Notes under the pieces: model-generated
What the model was told of the DNA's origin: nothing
What the model saw: the letters and a program-made list of their open reading frames with translations, nothing else
The model's database searches: none
In this document: one piece after another, positions 63,001 through 64,000 of the stretch
Numbering within the stretch: position 1 is the first letter of the stretch
Layout of the letters: each line of letters starts with the position of its first letter
Position numbers and translations under genes: made by a program
IMG/VR virus record: IMGVR_UViG_3300025913_000025
Span: 43,420 to 107,419 of that record
Length of the DNA: 64,000 bases
Direction: 5' to 3' (one strand)
From: a virus

Positions 63001-64000
63001 TTAGCTTGCCAGGGATGTAATGAGCCAGGTTGCGGAACGGCCAGCCGGGCCCATCGAGAACCGATGGTGCGAAGAATCCGGCCGGACGGTTGGAGTCTCG
63101 GCCGGAAGTTCGGCAGGACTCTCGGTCAAAACGAGCGTGGCGGACCGGCCAGCGCGACCAACCCGGTAGGCGCCCGTCTCCAGGGGCTTTAATTCGACCG
63201 TGGCGCCGTCGGTGGCAAGGTCTACGGTAGATTCCAGGTTCGCCCCTGCGGACTCGTCCTGCGCGGTCTCAACGGCCGTCGGCGCGGCTTCGAGCGGGAT
63301 TGACGATCCGGAGTCGAGCTCCGTCTCTTCCTCGGTCTCTTCCTCGGTCTCTTCCTGCGCGGGCCCGCCCTTGCGCTTCTCGCGCTTGGCTTGGAGTTCC
63401 TCCGGAGAGAGCGCCCAATCCGGAGGGCCTTCAAACGGCATAACGGCAACCGTCCAGGCGCCGCGGTGTAGCATCGTCGCGGTTCCGACGGTCCCGAACT
63501 CGAGAGTAACGGTCCGCTCTTTTGCCTTGACGGCAGGTGAGACCGCGTCAAGCAAGTAATCGACCGAAAGAGTGAGCTGTCCCGTATCCCCTGGCACTTC
63601 GGCCGGAAGCTCAGTTGTGATCGGGAGGGCGCCCCATTGGCCACGCAAGGTTAGGGTTTGCGCGGTGGATGACCAATCCAGGATAATCGACGGGTACGCG
63701 TCTTTGTCGGTTTTCTTCCACGCGGTCTTGAGCGCGGAAAGCGCTTTCTGAAGTCGCTTGGAGTCGACCGTAACGTGTTGGCGCGGCGCGTCTTCCTGGA
63801 TTGCCTTGCGCCAGTCTGGATACTTCGCGTCTGTCTCAAGGAAGATGCTTTCATTCCGTTCGAGCGTGGAAACGGAAAGGACCGTCTTTTCGCCGCGGAC
63901 CGTTGAGCCGAGCAGCACATCCCCACTCGCGGACTTGAGAAACGATTTCAGCGCGCGGAGGGTATCTCCTGGCAACGTGGCCGAGAGCGGCGCGGTAGGG
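63001..64000 (-). CDS. DNA polymerase III beta-clamp-like protein with acidic C-terminal extension (5' end beyond the window)
   Basis: KYPDWRKAI, SVDYLLDAV, VAVMP match beta-clamp domain motifs; frame is open to the window edge. Confidence 0.7.
   Translation of the reverse strand, partial: PTAPLSATLPGDTLRALKSFLKSASGDVLLGSTVRGEKTVLSVSTLERNESIFLETDAKYPDWRKAIQEDAPRQHVTVDSKRLQKALSALKTAWKKTDKDAYPSIILDWSSTAQTLTLRGQWGALPITTELPAEVPGDTGQLTLSVDYLLDAVSPAVKAKERTVTLEFGTVGTATMLHRGAWTVAVMPFEGPPDWALSPEELQAKREKRKGGPAQEETEEETEEETELDSGSSIPLEAAPTAVETAQDESAGANLESTVDLATDGATVELKPLETGAYRVGRAGRSATLVLTESPAELPAETPTVRPDSSHHRFSMGPAGRSATWLITSLAS

Larger units (their letters stand above)
1..64000. mobile_element. Tailed bacteriophage or prophage segment (siphovirus-like), probable Planctomycetota host; both ends lie outside the window
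   Basis: Tail module order (tube, frameshifted chaperone, tape measure), phage replication/recombination genes, dense short ORFs with ATGA overlaps, no host housekeeping operons. Confidence 0.93.

Noticed and set aside
1-64000. Integrase/att sites, terminase, portal, canonical tRNAs, CRISPR arrays
   Set aside because: None recognisable here; temperate versus lytic lifestyle cannot be decided from this window

Overview
The whole window is a GC-rich tailed-phage (siphovirus-like) genome segment or prophage, probably infecting a planctomycete (Isosphaerales-like). The host call is an inference from a planctomycete-style prepilin gene, csrA and a planctomycete response-regulator-type HTH. Layout: (i) 1-18 kb, + strand neck/tail module (frameshifted adaptor, internally duplicated beta-helix spike, head closure, tail completion, tail tube, -1 frameshift chaperone, short tape measure, tail tip). 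(ii) 18-26.5 kb, accessory and regulatory genes (prepilin-like, ArsR-type repressor, RusA-like, SLOG). (iii) 26.6-47 kb, + strand DNA metabolism (Mom-like GNAT, CsrA, HNH, diverged capsid paralogue, two PAPS-reductase-family genes, Gam, RecT-like, initiator, DnaB, a C5 methyltransferase written in two fully overlapping frames). (iv) 47-53 kb, secreted/membrane proteins with a papain-like protease. (v) 53-64 kb, - strand early-type genes (ParB-like, DUF3560-methyltransferase, beta-clamp-like). I saw no terminase, portal, integrase, canonical tRNA or CRISPR array. The best leads are the dual-frame methyltransferase with a W-x-T-P repeat array, the misplaced capsid paralogue, the captured pilin and several promoter- or terminator-bounded structured RNAs. 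All family calls come from motif recognition by eye; no searches were run.
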